Origin: Terriglobia bacterium
GTDB lineage: Bacteria; Acidobacteriota; Terriglobia; Acidiferrales; UBA7541
Assembly (NCBI GenBank): GCA_963819015.1
Contig: CAWFUN010000007.1
Location: 677,741-741,740 of the forward strand
Direction: 5' to 3'
Length of the DNA stretch: 64,000 nucleotides
Shown: one piece after another, positions 37,639 through 46,728 of the stretch
Layout of the letters: the number at the start of each line of letters is the position of its first letter
How positions within the stretch are numbered: the first letter of the stretch is position 1
Translations under genes and position numbers: made by a program
The notes under the pieces: generated by a model
The model's database searches: none
The model's input: only the letters and a program-made list of their open reading frames with translations
What the model was told of the DNA's origin: nothing

Positions 37639-38970
37639 TTATTCCAGGCGGTAGAGCGTCATCCCGCTCAGCAGCTTGGGATAAAAGTCCGTGGATTTTT
37701 GCGGCAGGACTTCGCCCGCGAGCGCGATCTCCGCGACGCGCCCAACAGGGATCGGATTCAGCAGGCAGCACAATTGTGCGCGCCCGCTGTCAACCGCCGC
37801 AATCGCCGCCGCCGCTTCCCGTTCGTAGGTGAGGTTGCGTTCCCGAGTGACGGCGTCGGCGCTGATGCCGAGGCCGCGCTCCAGCACCAGCCGGTGCAGC
37901 AGGACGACGTCGAGCCTCCGCTGGACGGGCGAGACGCCGGGCAGCAGCGCATCCAGATCGGCGCCGCCGCGCAGCAAGAACAAGTGGAACGCACCGTCTC
38001 CGGCATAGACTCCGATCGCCGGCCGCGTGCGGCCGATCTCTTCGAGATCGGCTTGAAATTTTCTCCAAGCGCGTTCGCGCTCCTTCGCATTGAACCGGTA
38101 CGCGCGCCACTCGAAAATCGGCTGCAGCTCCGCGCAAAACTTCTCGAACGAAAAACCCGCAAGGCCCGCGATGACGCGGTGCGTCGGCAGAATCGTCAGC
38201 CCTTCGCCGTCCGTGTTGAAGAGCGTCATCATCACGAATTCGTGCGGGGCGCCGCGATCCTCGCGACCCGCGCGCGCGCGGCACTCGTCACGATAGGCGA
38301 GCGCGGTTTCGTAGCGATGATGTCCATCCGCGATGACGAGTTTCTTCTCCGCCGTCTCGCGCGTGATGGCCGCCAGGGTGGAAGCGTCCGCGATCGGCCA
38401 GAGTCTGTGCACGACTCCGTATTCGTCGCGCGCTTCGCTGGCGGGCTTCGCCTGCGACGCCCGGCCGAGCAACGCGTCCACGCGCCGCGCCGGATCGGTG
38501 TACAGCATGAAGAGTTGTCCGGTGTGCGTTCGCGTGTGCCGCAGAAGTTCGAGGCGATCCGCCTTCGGTCCCGCGAGCGTCTGCTCGTGACGAAAGACAA
38601 CTCCGGCCGAGTAGTCTTCGATCCGCCCCAGCGCGATGAATCCCTTCCGCGTCCGCCGCACGCCGCTTCCTGGCACGATGTACTCCTGAAAGTAGGCGTA
38701 GACGGCGGGGACCGCGTCGCGCACGAGCACGCCCGACGCGATCCAGTCCTCGAGCGTCCGCGCGGCGCGCGTGTACACGTTGTCCGCGGCGGAATCTTCC
38801 GCTCGCGTCTTCCCTTTCTCAACGGGAATCAGGTTGAAGGGGCTCACGGTGTAGTACTTCTCCTGCATGTCCGGCGAGATTTTGTCGTAGGGCTGCGTGA
38901 CGGCCTTGAATAATTCCACTCGCTCCGGACTGTAGCGGTATGCGCGAAAGGGGAAGATCTCTGCCATCAA
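37639..38970 (-). CDS. DUF1015 domain-containing protein
   Basis: 443 aa; N-terminus MMAEIFPFRAYRYSPE and overall architecture typical of the DUF1015 family. Confidence 0.85.
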   Translation of the reverse strand: MMAEIFPFRAYRYSPERVELFKAVTQPYDKISPDMQEKYYTVSPFNLIPVEKGKTRAEDSAADNVYTRAARTLEDWIASGVLVRDAVPAVYAYFQEYIVPGSGVRRTRKGFIALGRIEDYSAGVVFRHEQTLAGPKADRLELLRHTRTHTGQLFMLYTDPARRVDALLGRASQAKPASEARDEYGVVHRLWPIADASTLAAITRETAEKKLVIADGHHRYETALAYRDECRARAGREDRGAPHEFVMMTLFNTDGEGLTILPTHRVIAGLAGFSFEKFCAELQPIFEWRAYRFNAKERERAWRKFQADLEEIGRTRPAIGVYAGDGAFHLFLLRGGADLDALLPGVSPVQRRLDVVLLHRLVLERGLGISADAVTRERNLTYEREAAAAIAAVDSGRAQLCCLLNPIPVGRVAEIALAGEVLPQKSTDFYPKLLSGMTLYRLE

Positions 38971-39099
38971 TTTGCCTCGCGGGCTGAATGAGAATTTTCA
39001 TTCTAGCAGCAACGCTGTTGCCGGCCAACGCAACAAGGCGAGCAGTCGCCGCCGGATTCCAATACAATGGGTCATGCCCGCAATAGCCAGAGGAGGCTC

Positions 39100-39786
39100 A
39101 TGTCGGCGACAGCGCGCTCGCTCTCTCAAGTACGCGGTCTGGTCTTTGATCTCGACGGCACTCTGATTGATTCCAAGCTGGATTTGGCCCTTTCGGTGAA
39201 CGCGGCGCTGGCGGAACTGCACAGGAAGCCATTGCCCCACGACCGGATCTACGGATGCGTCGGCCAGGGCGCACTGCGGCTTGTGGAGCGAGCGCTCGGA
39301 GAAGGCGCTGATCCGAAAGAAGTCGAGCACGGCCACGCGTTTTTTCTCACGCACTACCGCGCGCACATGCTGGACCACACGGTCGCTTACCCCGGAGTGC
39401 GCGAAGGACTCGCGGCACTGAAAAGCCGGCCCTTGGCCGTGCTGACGAACAAGCCGACGCGCTTCAGCCAGGAGATCCTCGAAGGGCTGGGCCTGGCCAA
39501 ATATTTTCGTGCGATCCACGGGGGCAACAGTTTCGAGAAGAAAAAACCCGACCCCACGGGGATGCTCGCAATTGCCAGTGAATTCGGAATTTCCCCGGAT
39601 CAGGCGATGCTCGTCGGAGACTCCGAAATCGACGTGCAGACCGCGCGCAACGCAGGCTCCTGGGTGTGCGGACTGACGTACGGATTCGGGAGCGCCGGCT
39701 TCGTGAGATTCCCGCCCGATCTACTGTTGGACAGCCTGATCGAGTTGCCCGCTTACCTCGAGGGGCGCGCACTGCAGTCACGGTAA
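39100..39786 (+). CDS. HAD-family hydrolase (phosphoglycolate phosphatase-like)
   Basis: Internal ATG after AGAGGAGG. LVFDLDGTLIDS (motif I), VLTNKP (II), and K-x...GDSEIDVQTARNAG (III/IV). Confidence 0.8.
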   Translation: MSATARSLSQVRGLVFDLDGTLIDSKLDLALSVNAALAELHRKPLPHDRIYGCVGQGALRLVERALGEGADPKEVEHGHAFFLTHYRAHMLDHTVAYPGVREGLAALKSRPLAVLTNKPTRFSQEILEGLGLAKYFRAIHGGNSFEKKKPDPTGMLAIASEFGISPDQAMLVGDSEIDVQTARNAGSWVCGLTYGFGSAGFVRFPPDLLLDSLIELPAYLEGRALQSR

Positions 39787-39821
39787 ACGAAGATTCGCAT
39801 CGCGTCTTGAAAACGATCGCC

Positions 39822-40646
39822 ATGCACGATTTCAAACCGCACAAGAACTGGCCCGCCGCGCTGGCCGGCATTTTGGCCGGAGTTTTGATTTGCGCGTCGT
39901 TTCCAGCGCTGGGCGGGCAGACCCGGCAGGCTAAATCCAAGGTGAAGACGCCTCCACCGGCTTCACCGGCGGCGATGCCCGTGCCGTTCGCCTTGGGTGA
40001 AATGCTGCACTATCAAGTCTTGTGGACGCAATTTTCGGTGCACGCCGCGACGTTGGATTTCTCGGTTGCGGAAGAACGCAATTTCTTCGGCCATCTCGCG
40101 TGGCATTTTCGCGCGACCGCGCACACGATCAACACCATGCGGCTGGCTTACACACTCGACGATCAATTCGATTCCTACACGGACGCGTCGCAACTGAACT
40201 GCATGCAATATGAGATGTATTTGAACGAACAGGGCAAGTCGGAAACTTCCATTCTCCGCACTTCAACGCAGGCGGAACCTGTTCCACGAAATGCGACGCT
40301 GGTTCGCGTACTGCCGGGAACGCGTGATCCCATCGGCCTTCTTTACGCGTTGCGCGCCGCCGACTGGCAGCACAGCACAGAATTTCGCGCTCCGGCGTTT
40401 GACGGGCACCGCCTCTACGAGATCCGTGCGGACGTCGAGATTCCGTCCGGGCAGGTCACGGTTCCGGCGGGAGAGTTTACGGCCACGCGGATTGTGGTTC
40501 ACATCTCCGAGCGCGGCAGCGAACTTCCGGGCACGCACTTCTGGGTCTGGCTCGCACACGACGCCGGGCGAACGCCCGTACTCATCGAGGCCGAAGTTCC
40601 CTTCGGAACGGCGCGCGTCGAACTCCTGCAATTGCCACGGCACTGA
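39822..40646 (+). CDS. DUF3108 domain-containing secreted protein
   Basis: Start at MHDFKPHKNWPAALAGILAGVLICASFPALG (signal peptide), then the GEMLHYQVLW... pattern of the DUF3108 family. The track ORF extends 52 codons upstream with no support. Confidence 0.55.
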   Translation: MHDFKPHKNWPAALAGILAGVLICASFPALGGQTRQAKSKVKTPPPASPAAMPVPFALGEMLHYQVLWTQFSVHAATLDFSVAEERNFFGHLAWHFRATAHTINTMRLAYTLDDQFDSYTDASQLNCMQYEMYLNEQGKSETSILRTSTQAEPVPRNATLVRVLPGTRDPIGLLYALRAADWQHSTEFRAPAFDGHRLYEIRADVEIPSGQVTVPAGEFTATRIVVHISERGSELPGTHFWVWLAHDAGRTPVLIEAEVPFGTARVELLQLPRH

Positions 40647-40797
40647 AGATTCCGCGGCCGGCCGCCGCGCAGGCTGGACGCAATTGACATAGCCGCGCCG
40701 GGCGGTGCCGCCGCTACGCAGAAGAGAGGCAGACGGGCGGAGGCAGTCCTTGCGCGAGCGGCCCACATACGACCCAATCCCTTGTGAGAAATGCGGG

Positions 40798-41181
40798 CTA
40801 GCTTGTGGGGGTGGCTTTGCCTTCCAAAACGGAGGCTGACCAGTCATCGGGCGGGAAGGAGATGTGCCAGAAATCCGGCGCGGCCTGAAGGAATTCAACT
40901 GCCACTTGGGTCTTGCCGCCGTCGGAGTGGCCAACGTAGACGACGCGGCATTCCTGCGGCGTAGTTGAACCGCGGCTGGTGAGATGCAGCGATTGCGCCT
41001 CCTTCACCCGTGCGGTCATAGCAATCAATGCGCCGTGAGCGTTCACTACGAGCGTAATGGCGTCTTCCTGAAATTCAGTCCCGTCGGCCTTCTTCCCGCT
41101 GACCGACACGGGCACACTGATGATCACGCGCTGGCTGCGGCGCTTGTTGCTGGAACCAGCGTAATTGGGGGGCGGGGCCAT
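40798..41181 (-). CDS. PilZ domain protein
   Basis: 127 aa; KRRSQRVIISVPVSV (RxxxR) and LVVNAHGALI (D/NxSxxG-like) spaced as in the PilZ c-di-GMP binding module. Confidence 0.6.
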   Translation of the reverse strand: MAPPPNYAGSSNKRRSQRVIISVPVSVSGKKADGTEFQEDAITLVVNAHGALIAMTARVKEAQSLHLTSRGSTTPQECRVVYVGHSDGGKTQVAVEFLQAAPDFWHISFPPDDWSASVLEGKATPTS

Positions 41182-41270
41182 CTTAAGGAACTACCGTAGG
41201 CCAGGAATCGCCGGGCCGCAATGGGCGGGCCTGGCTAATACTTACAAATAGTAACGGTCTGAGAGGACGG

Positions 41271-41891
41271 TCAGCGGCGCGGGCGGGGGGTCCCGGAAGC
41301 GGCCGGGCTGCGCCCGCGGAAGCATAGCGCTTCGATGAGGGAGCAGACGATGTGTCCGATCGTAATGTGGGCTTCCTGGATGCGCTGCGGATCCCGGGAG
41401 GGAACGTTGATCAGCAAATCCACTTTGCGGGCGAGCGCGCCGCCGGTTTCGCCGGTCAGGGCGACCAGAAACGCCCGCCGCCTTGCACCGGCTTGCACCC
41501 CGCGAAGGATGTTCGGGCTGTTTCCGCTGGTCGAAAGCGCAACGAGAACGTCACCGGGCGCAACCAGCGATTCAATCTGCCGCTCGAAAACATGGTCGAA
41601 ACCGTAGTCATTGGCGGCGGCGGTGAGCACGGAGGGATTTGTGGTCAGGGCCAAAGCGGGCAGTCCCGGACGATCTTCTCGCAAGCGGACGACGAGCTCG
41701 GCGGCGAGGTGCAGAGAATCGGCGGCGCTCCCGCCATTGCCGAAGAAGACGATTTTCCGGCCGGAGCGAAGCGCCTTCGCCGAGCGGCGTGCGAACTTTT
41801 CGATGCGGGAGATGAGGCCGCCGGAAAGACTTTGCTTAACGCGGCAACTTTCCCGGAGCTGCGCGAGGATGTCTTTCCGCTGGTCGGCCAT
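41271..41891 (-). CDS. gmhA: D-sedoheptulose-7-phosphate isomerase (SIS domain)
   Basis: 206 aa; GNGGSAADSLHLAAEL, LSTSGNSPNI and an overall GmhA profile. Confidence 0.8.
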   Translation of the reverse strand: MADQRKDILAQLRESCRVKQSLSGGLISRIEKFARRSAKALRSGRKIVFFGNGGSAADSLHLAAELVVRLREDRPGLPALALTTNPSVLTAAANDYGFDHVFERQIESLVAPGDVLVALSTSGNSPNILRGVQAGARRRAFLVALTGETGGALARKVDLLINVPSRDPQRIQEAHITIGHIVCSLIEALCFRGRSPAASGTPRPRR

Positions 41892-41897
41892 GAAAGA

Positions 41898-43253
41898 TCA
41901 GCAAAGGACGATTTTGTGGCGGTGCCGGGCAACGCGGCGCGTGGCATTGCGCGTGTCCACGACAAGCGCCGCCGCCTCAACGATCGCCTGATAATCGTAG
42001 CTGGTATGGTCCGTGGCGATGACGACGCAGTCGTAACTCTCGATCGTCCTCGCGTCCAGATTCACGGATTTTTTCTTGGAAAAGTCGTAATGGCGCATCT
42101 TCTGCATCGTGGGAAAGAAAGGATCGTTGTAGTCCAGCAGGGCTCCGCGCTGCTCGAGCAGCTGCATGATTTTCAGCGAGGGAGATTCCCGGGGATCGTC
42201 AATGTCCTTCTTGTACGCCACGCCGAGCACGAGCACTCGCGACCCCTTCAGCGATTTCTTCCGCTCGTTCAGCGCGCTGGAGATGGCCTCCACGACGTGG
42301 TAGGGCATAGCGGTGTTGATTTCGCCGGCCAGTTCGATGAAGCGCGTTGCAAAATCGAATTCGCGCGCCTTCCAGGAAAGGTAGAAGGGATCCACGGGAA
42401 TGCAGTGTCCGCCCAAGCCAGGCCCGGGATAGAAGGGCATAAAACCGAACGGCTTGGTGGCCGCCGCATCGATCACTTCCCAGATGTCCATGTTCATGCG
42501 CTGGCAGAGCATTTTCAGTTCGTTGACGAGCGCGATGTTCACGCAGCGGAAAATATTTTCGAGAAGTTTCGCCATCTCCGCCGCACGCGTGGTGCTGACG
42601 GGGACGACCCGCGCAACAATTTGCGCGTAGAGCGAGACTGCAGCGCGTCCCGACGGAGGATTGATCCCGCCCACGATCTTGGGAATCTGGGCCAAGCCGA
42701 ATTGCTTGTTTCCCGGATCTTCGCGCTCCGGCGAAAACGCCAGGAAGAAATCGGTGGCGGTCAGCTCCGCATCAGGCCCTTGCGCTACCGGACACCGCAA
42801 CCCACTCTCTTCCAGGATCGGCAGCACCAACTCCTCGGTGGTTCCAGGGTAGGTGGTGGATTCGAGGACGACCAGTTGCCCGCGAGTCAAATGAGGGGCG
42901 ATGGCGCGCGCGGTCTGCTCGACGTATTTCAAGTCCGGATCGCGCCGCTCGTCCAAAGGCGTCGGCACGCAGATCACGATCGCATCCATCGGGCCCAGCC
43001 GTGAGAAATCCGCGGTGGCGCCGAAGTGGCGCGACCTCACGTATTGCTGGATTTTTGTCGTGGGCACGTGACCGATGTAGCTCTGCCCGTCGTTGAGCAT
43101 TTCCACTTTCTTCGAGTCGCTATCGAACCCGGTGACACGGTGGCCCGCCTCCGCGAAGCGCAGCCCCAACGGGAGCCCAACATATCCGCACCCAATCACA
43201 CCGACGCGCAGTTGCGCGCCCTTGAAGAATTCCGGCTTCCGATCCACCGGCAT
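41898..43253 (-). CDS. nucleotide-sugar dehydrogenase (UDP-GlcNAc/UDP-ManNAc 6-dehydrogenase family)
   Basis: 451 aa; GVIGCGYVGLPLG Rossmann motif, catalytic GGHCIPVDP, and the length and motifs of the WbpA/WecC family. Confidence 0.9.
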   Translation of the reverse strand: MPVDRKPEFFKGAQLRVGVIGCGYVGLPLGLRFAEAGHRVTGFDSDSKKVEMLNDGQSYIGHVPTTKIQQYVRSRHFGATADFSRLGPMDAIVICVPTPLDERRDPDLKYVEQTARAIAPHLTRGQLVVLESTTYPGTTEELVLPILEESGLRCPVAQGPDAELTATDFFLAFSPEREDPGNKQFGLAQIPKIVGGINPPSGRAAVSLYAQIVARVVPVSTTRAAEMAKLLENIFRCVNIALVNELKMLCQRMNMDIWEVIDAAATKPFGFMPFYPGPGLGGHCIPVDPFYLSWKAREFDFATRFIELAGEINTAMPYHVVEAISSALNERKKSLKGSRVLVLGVAYKKDIDDPRESPSLKIMQLLEQRGALLDYNDPFFPTMQKMRHYDFSKKKSVNLDARTIESYDCVVIATDHTSYDYQAIVEAAALVVDTRNATRRVARHRHKIVLC

Positions 43254-43397
43254 GTGTCGTTCGCACCTTTCTCAAACGTGAAGCCCGCAAAGATAACCGC
43301 GGAAACGCCAGCTAAACTGGAATCGCGGCGCGCCACCACGGCAGAACTCGCTCCACGCGCCGATCGCGCGGGGTGGAAGCTCGCGCAGGAGCGAACG

Positions 43398-44048
43398 CTA
43401 CGACGCCACGCTCCGCTGCTGAAAGCAAAGCAGAATCAGATCCGCCCGACGGCGCACGCCGAACTTGCTCAGCAGATTCGAGACGTGAAACTTCACGGTT
43501 CGCTCCGAGATGTTCAGCTTCCCGGCGATTTCCTTGTTCGCCAGGTTCTCCAGCAGGCCGCTGAGCACCTCTTGCTCGCGGCGGCTCAATTCACTCGAAA
43601 CCTCGACCTGCACTCGCCGATTGCCCGGCCCGCTCAGGACGGAATCCACAAAACCGGAGAGCACCGACCGCGGAACCCAAAAACCTCCGCCCGCAACCAG
43701 CGGCAGCGCGCTATCCAAGTGGTCGCGCACTTCGGCGTACGTGAGCAACCCTTTGGCCCCGAGCCGCAGCAGCGCATAGCTCTCGGCCACATTCAGCTTT
43801 TCAGCAACAACCAGAATTCGCGCACCGGGGTAATGCTCCAGGATATTCGAGAGCAGCGCGCCGGCCGCGGCCCGCGCGACGTGCGCATCGACCACGAACA
43901 CTCCGGCTCGCGGCACGCTCATGCGCCGCAAATCCGGCCCAAGCGAAGATTCAAGCAGCCGCGGAATCAGCTTATAGCCCGAACCAGAAAGCACACGCTC
44001 AAATTCGCCCAGGACCAACGGATGCGGCGAGAGCAGACACACCGGCAT
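43398..44048 (-). CDS. LuxR-family transcriptional regulator with a degenerate receiver-like N-domain
   Basis: Internal ATG at 44048 of ORF 43398..44561. The C-terminal HTH LSRREQEVLSGLLENLANKEIAGKLNISERTVKFHVSNLLSKFGV is the LuxR type. The N-domain keeps VFVVDAH but lacks the acidic DD pair of canonical receivers. Confidence 0.7.
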   Translation of the reverse strand: MPVCLLSPHPLVLGEFERVLSGSGYKLIPRLLESSLGPDLRRMSVPRAGVFVVDAHVARAAAGALLSNILEHYPGARILVVAEKLNVAESYALLRLGAKGLLTYAEVRDHLDSALPLVAGGGFWVPRSVLSGFVDSVLSGPGNRRVQVEVSSELSRREQEVLSGLLENLANKEIAGKLNISERTVKFHVSNLLSKFGVRRRADLILLCFQQRSVAS

Positions 44049-44256
44049 GCTTCTCGTGCGTACCGTCTTCACCACGATTTTGGAGCGTATACGAATCCCG
44101 GCAAGCGGGCAAGGCTCTGTGAGGCCTCTTGTAACACTATAGTTATAGTCATCGCCACGTGTCGCGCTCACTCGCGGGCGGCCCGGCTTGTCGGCTTGGA
44201 CAAGTCTCGCGCATCGTTCCGCTACAGGCGCCGGGCCAAAGGGCAGAATACGGTTG

Positions 44257-44577
44257 ATGACGGAAGCGTCTCGAAGCCGGCGATACTCTCGTTTGCGCTT
44301 GCCGAAGGGCATGCTTGTCGCGTGGCAAGGCAGCGGGCTGCGTAAGGTTTCGCGTGTGTCGACCATCGGTCTCGGGGGAATCTTCATCTCCACGCCGACG
44401 CCTCCTCCCGTGGGCGAACTCCTCCGCCTGGTGTTCGATGTGCCATCCGGAGAGGTGAGGGCCCGCGCGGTCGTGCGCACTTCGGAGACGGGGCGCGGGA
44501 TGGGCGTGGAATTTACGGCGATGTCGCTCGAAGCGCGGGCACGCCTGGATAGACTGCTCAAACTGCTTCTTCGATAA
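44257..44577 (+). CDS. PilZ domain protein
   Basis: Start at MTEASRSRRYSRLRL (RxxxR), then STIGLGGIF (DxSxxG-like) and a C-terminal beta-barrel-like segment. The track ORF starts 23 codons earlier. Confidence 0.6.
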   Translation: MTEASRSRRYSRLRLPKGMLVAWQGSGLRKVSRVSTIGLGGIFISTPTPPPVGELLRLVFDVPSGEVRARAVVRTSETGRGMGVEFTAMSLEARARLDRLLKLLLR

Positions 44578-44593
44578 GAGTGGCCGGGAGCGC

Positions 44594-45028
44594 TTACCGC
44601 TGCGGGAACAGCAGCGCCTCAAACATGTCGGCTCGCGCTTTGTGATCCGAGGCGACCACCTGCAACAAATCCGCAACCGAAATCATTCCGCAGTAGACAC
44701 CCTTCGCGTCCAGGACCAGCAAATGGAAGATGCCGTACTTTTCCATTCGCCTCAGGCACTCATCCAGAGCGACTTCGGGAGAAATGCTGACGAGTTCGCG
44801 CGTCATGATCTCCGACACGCGCATCCATGCGGGACACTTGTTCTCCGCGGCGACTTTGTCTGAAATATCGCTCTGCGAGACGACTCCGGCGAGCCGGCCA
44901 TCCGCATCGAGCACACCGGCGGCGCGAACTTGTTTGTCACGCAAATAGCGCGCAGCCTCATGCACCGTGGCGTTTTCACTGATCGAAAATGTCTCCTTGC
45001 GGCCGCTGATCAATTCCTGGACAGTCAT
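44594..45028 (-). CDS. CBS domain-containing protein
   Basis: Start at MTVQELISG; two CBS motifs (VHEAARYLRDKQVRAAGVLDADGRLAGVVSQSDI and LDECLRRMEKYGIFHLLVLDAKGVYCGMISVADL). Confidence 0.75.
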   Translation of the reverse strand: MTVQELISGRKETFSISENATVHEAARYLRDKQVRAAGVLDADGRLAGVVSQSDISDKVAAENKCPAWMRVSEIMTRELVSISPEVALDECLRRMEKYGIFHLLVLDAKGVYCGMISVADLLQVVASDHKARADMFEALLFPQR

Positions 45029-45328
45029 GGGGCGCTCCTCGGAATGCCGGTTCGCCCGATAGTAGGACTCCCGGGCCGGCATCGCAAGGAGTTCGCGAAG
45101 CGATTGCGCCAGCCGGACGACCCTGCAATACGGGAGGGCTGGCTTTCAGGGGGTGTCGGCCTGGTCGGCAGGCTGCAAGAAGTCAGGAACCGGGCTGCAC
45201 TAAAACGGAAAGGAATTTCCACAACGTTGCCTTTCCCACGGTTCTCTGGCATCCCATAAGAAGAATCTCATAACTTATTGACAGTGAAGGGATTACTGAC
45301 GGTGCAGAACTGTGGAAATGCCCGGCGA

Positions 45329-45344
45329 CGGCACTCGATGTGCT
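45329..45344 (+). promoter_or_regulatory. candidate sigma54 (-24/-12) promoter upstream of the EBP gene
   Basis: cGGCACtcgatgTGCTg: GG at 45330-45331 and GC at 45342-45343 at canonical spacing, about 100 nt upstream of the ATG at 45444. Confidence 0.3.
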
Positions 45345-45443
45345 GATAAACACAGCAGGGGTATCAGGGTGAATGGGGGTCAATTCGCTCTGGCTTGCCT
45401 CCAGGTCCCAAATTACACAGGTCATTGGAAAGACAAGGCGCCC

Positions 45444-46496
45444 ATGGGAGCTTCGAGAGCGGTATTGTCCCGGCGAGTGGACGATCTGCCACCTGAGTCG
45501 CTGATCTTTGGGAAATCGCCTGCGATGCAGGCCGTGCGATTGAAGGTGGAGAAGATCGCCTCTACGTCCGTGCCGGTCCTCATCCAGGGGGACAGCGGAA
45601 CCGGCAAGGGTGTGCTGGCGCGCTACCTCCATGCCCGCTCCCCCGTCGCGAATGGCGCATTTGTGAAGGTGAACTGCGCGGCGATCCCAGGTCCGCTTCT
45701 GGAGAGCGAGCTGTTCGGGTACGAGCGGGGGGCCTTTACCGGCGCTTACTCCGCAAAGCCGGGGCGTGTGGAATTGGCGGAGGATGGGACACTCTTCCTC
45801 GACGGCATCAACGAAATTGGCTTCTCCCTTCAGGCGAAACTGCTGCACTTATTGCAAGACGGACAATTCTCCCGCATCGGAGGCCAAGAAGACCGCAGCA
45901 CCAGGACGCGCGTCATCTGCGCGACAAACCGCAACCTCGAGGAGGAAGTGGCTGCGGGCAGTTTCCGGCAGGACCTTTTCTACCGCATCAATGCACTGAC
46001 GCTGAACATGGTTCCGCTCCGGTCGCGAACGGAAGACATCCTTGATCTCGCGAGCTATTTCCTGGAATCGCACCAATCACGCCACGGGCAGCCCGCTCAT
46101 TCGTTTTCGCCCTCTTTGGCGCGGCAATTGGTGAAGTATCAATGGCCGGGAAACATCCGGGAGTTGGAAAATCTAATTGAGCGCTATGTGATCCTGGGAT
46201 CGGAAGATGCAATCAGCAGCGAACTGTTTGACCGTGTACCTCCGGCGGCTCCGGTGAGCGTACCGATCAGCGAGCCCATCCAACTCAAGAAGGTGACCCG
46301 CCAGGCAGTTCTGGACATGGAGCGGAGGATCATTCTCCGCGTGCTGGAAGCGAATCACTGGAATCGAAAGCGGGCCGCTGCAGCCCTTCAGATCAGCTAT
46401 CGGGCCCTGTTGTACAAGATTCGACAGGCGGGCCTGCCGCCGAAGAGATCGCGGATGGAGCTTCCCACAACAGATATCTCGAAAGGGATACTCTGA
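45444..46496 (+). CDS. sigma54-dependent transcriptional activator (PspF-like bEBP with no N-terminal regulatory domain)
   Basis: Start at MGASRAVLSRRVDDLPPESLIFGKSPAMQAV. Walker A GDSGTGKG, GAFTGA motif ESELFGYERGAFTGA, and a C-terminal Fis-type HTH (NRKRAAAALQISYRALLYKI). Only ~25 aa precede the AAA+ domain. Confidence 0.85.
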   Translation: MGASRAVLSRRVDDLPPESLIFGKSPAMQAVRLKVEKIASTSVPVLIQGDSGTGKGVLARYLHARSPVANGAFVKVNCAAIPGPLLESELFGYERGAFTGAYSAKPGRVELAEDGTLFLDGINEIGFSLQAKLLHLLQDGQFSRIGGQEDRSTRTRVICATNRNLEEEVAAGSFRQDLFYRINALTLNMVPLRSRTEDILDLASYFLESHQSRHGQPAHSFSPSLARQLVKYQWPGNIRELENLIERYVILGSEDAISSELFDRVPPAAPVSVPISEPIQLKKVTRQAVLDMERRIILRVLEANHWNRKRAAAALQISYRALLYKIRQAGLPPKRSRMELPTTDISKGIL

Positions 46497-46728
46497 GTGA
46501 GCGGTGGGGAGGAAGGAGACCATCCACCGCGTCAGGCGCCGGGAAGGATTCCGGGGCCAAGCGCGGCGAGATCAAAGTCCTGTGTAAGGCTTCAGAACCG
46601 AACCCCGAAATGTCCCGCAACGAACTGAACGACTCGGCAATTTCAAAATCGTGAACGCGTGTTCGCGTGGAGTTGCCGCAGGAGATGAACTTTCCACCGA
46701 AGGGCGTGGCGCAATAGGAGAAACCGGG

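Noticed and set aside
41352-44345. 550-aa and 439-aa plus-strand ORFs
   Set aside because: Antisense to gmhA, the nucleotide-sugar dehydrogenase and the LuxR regulator.
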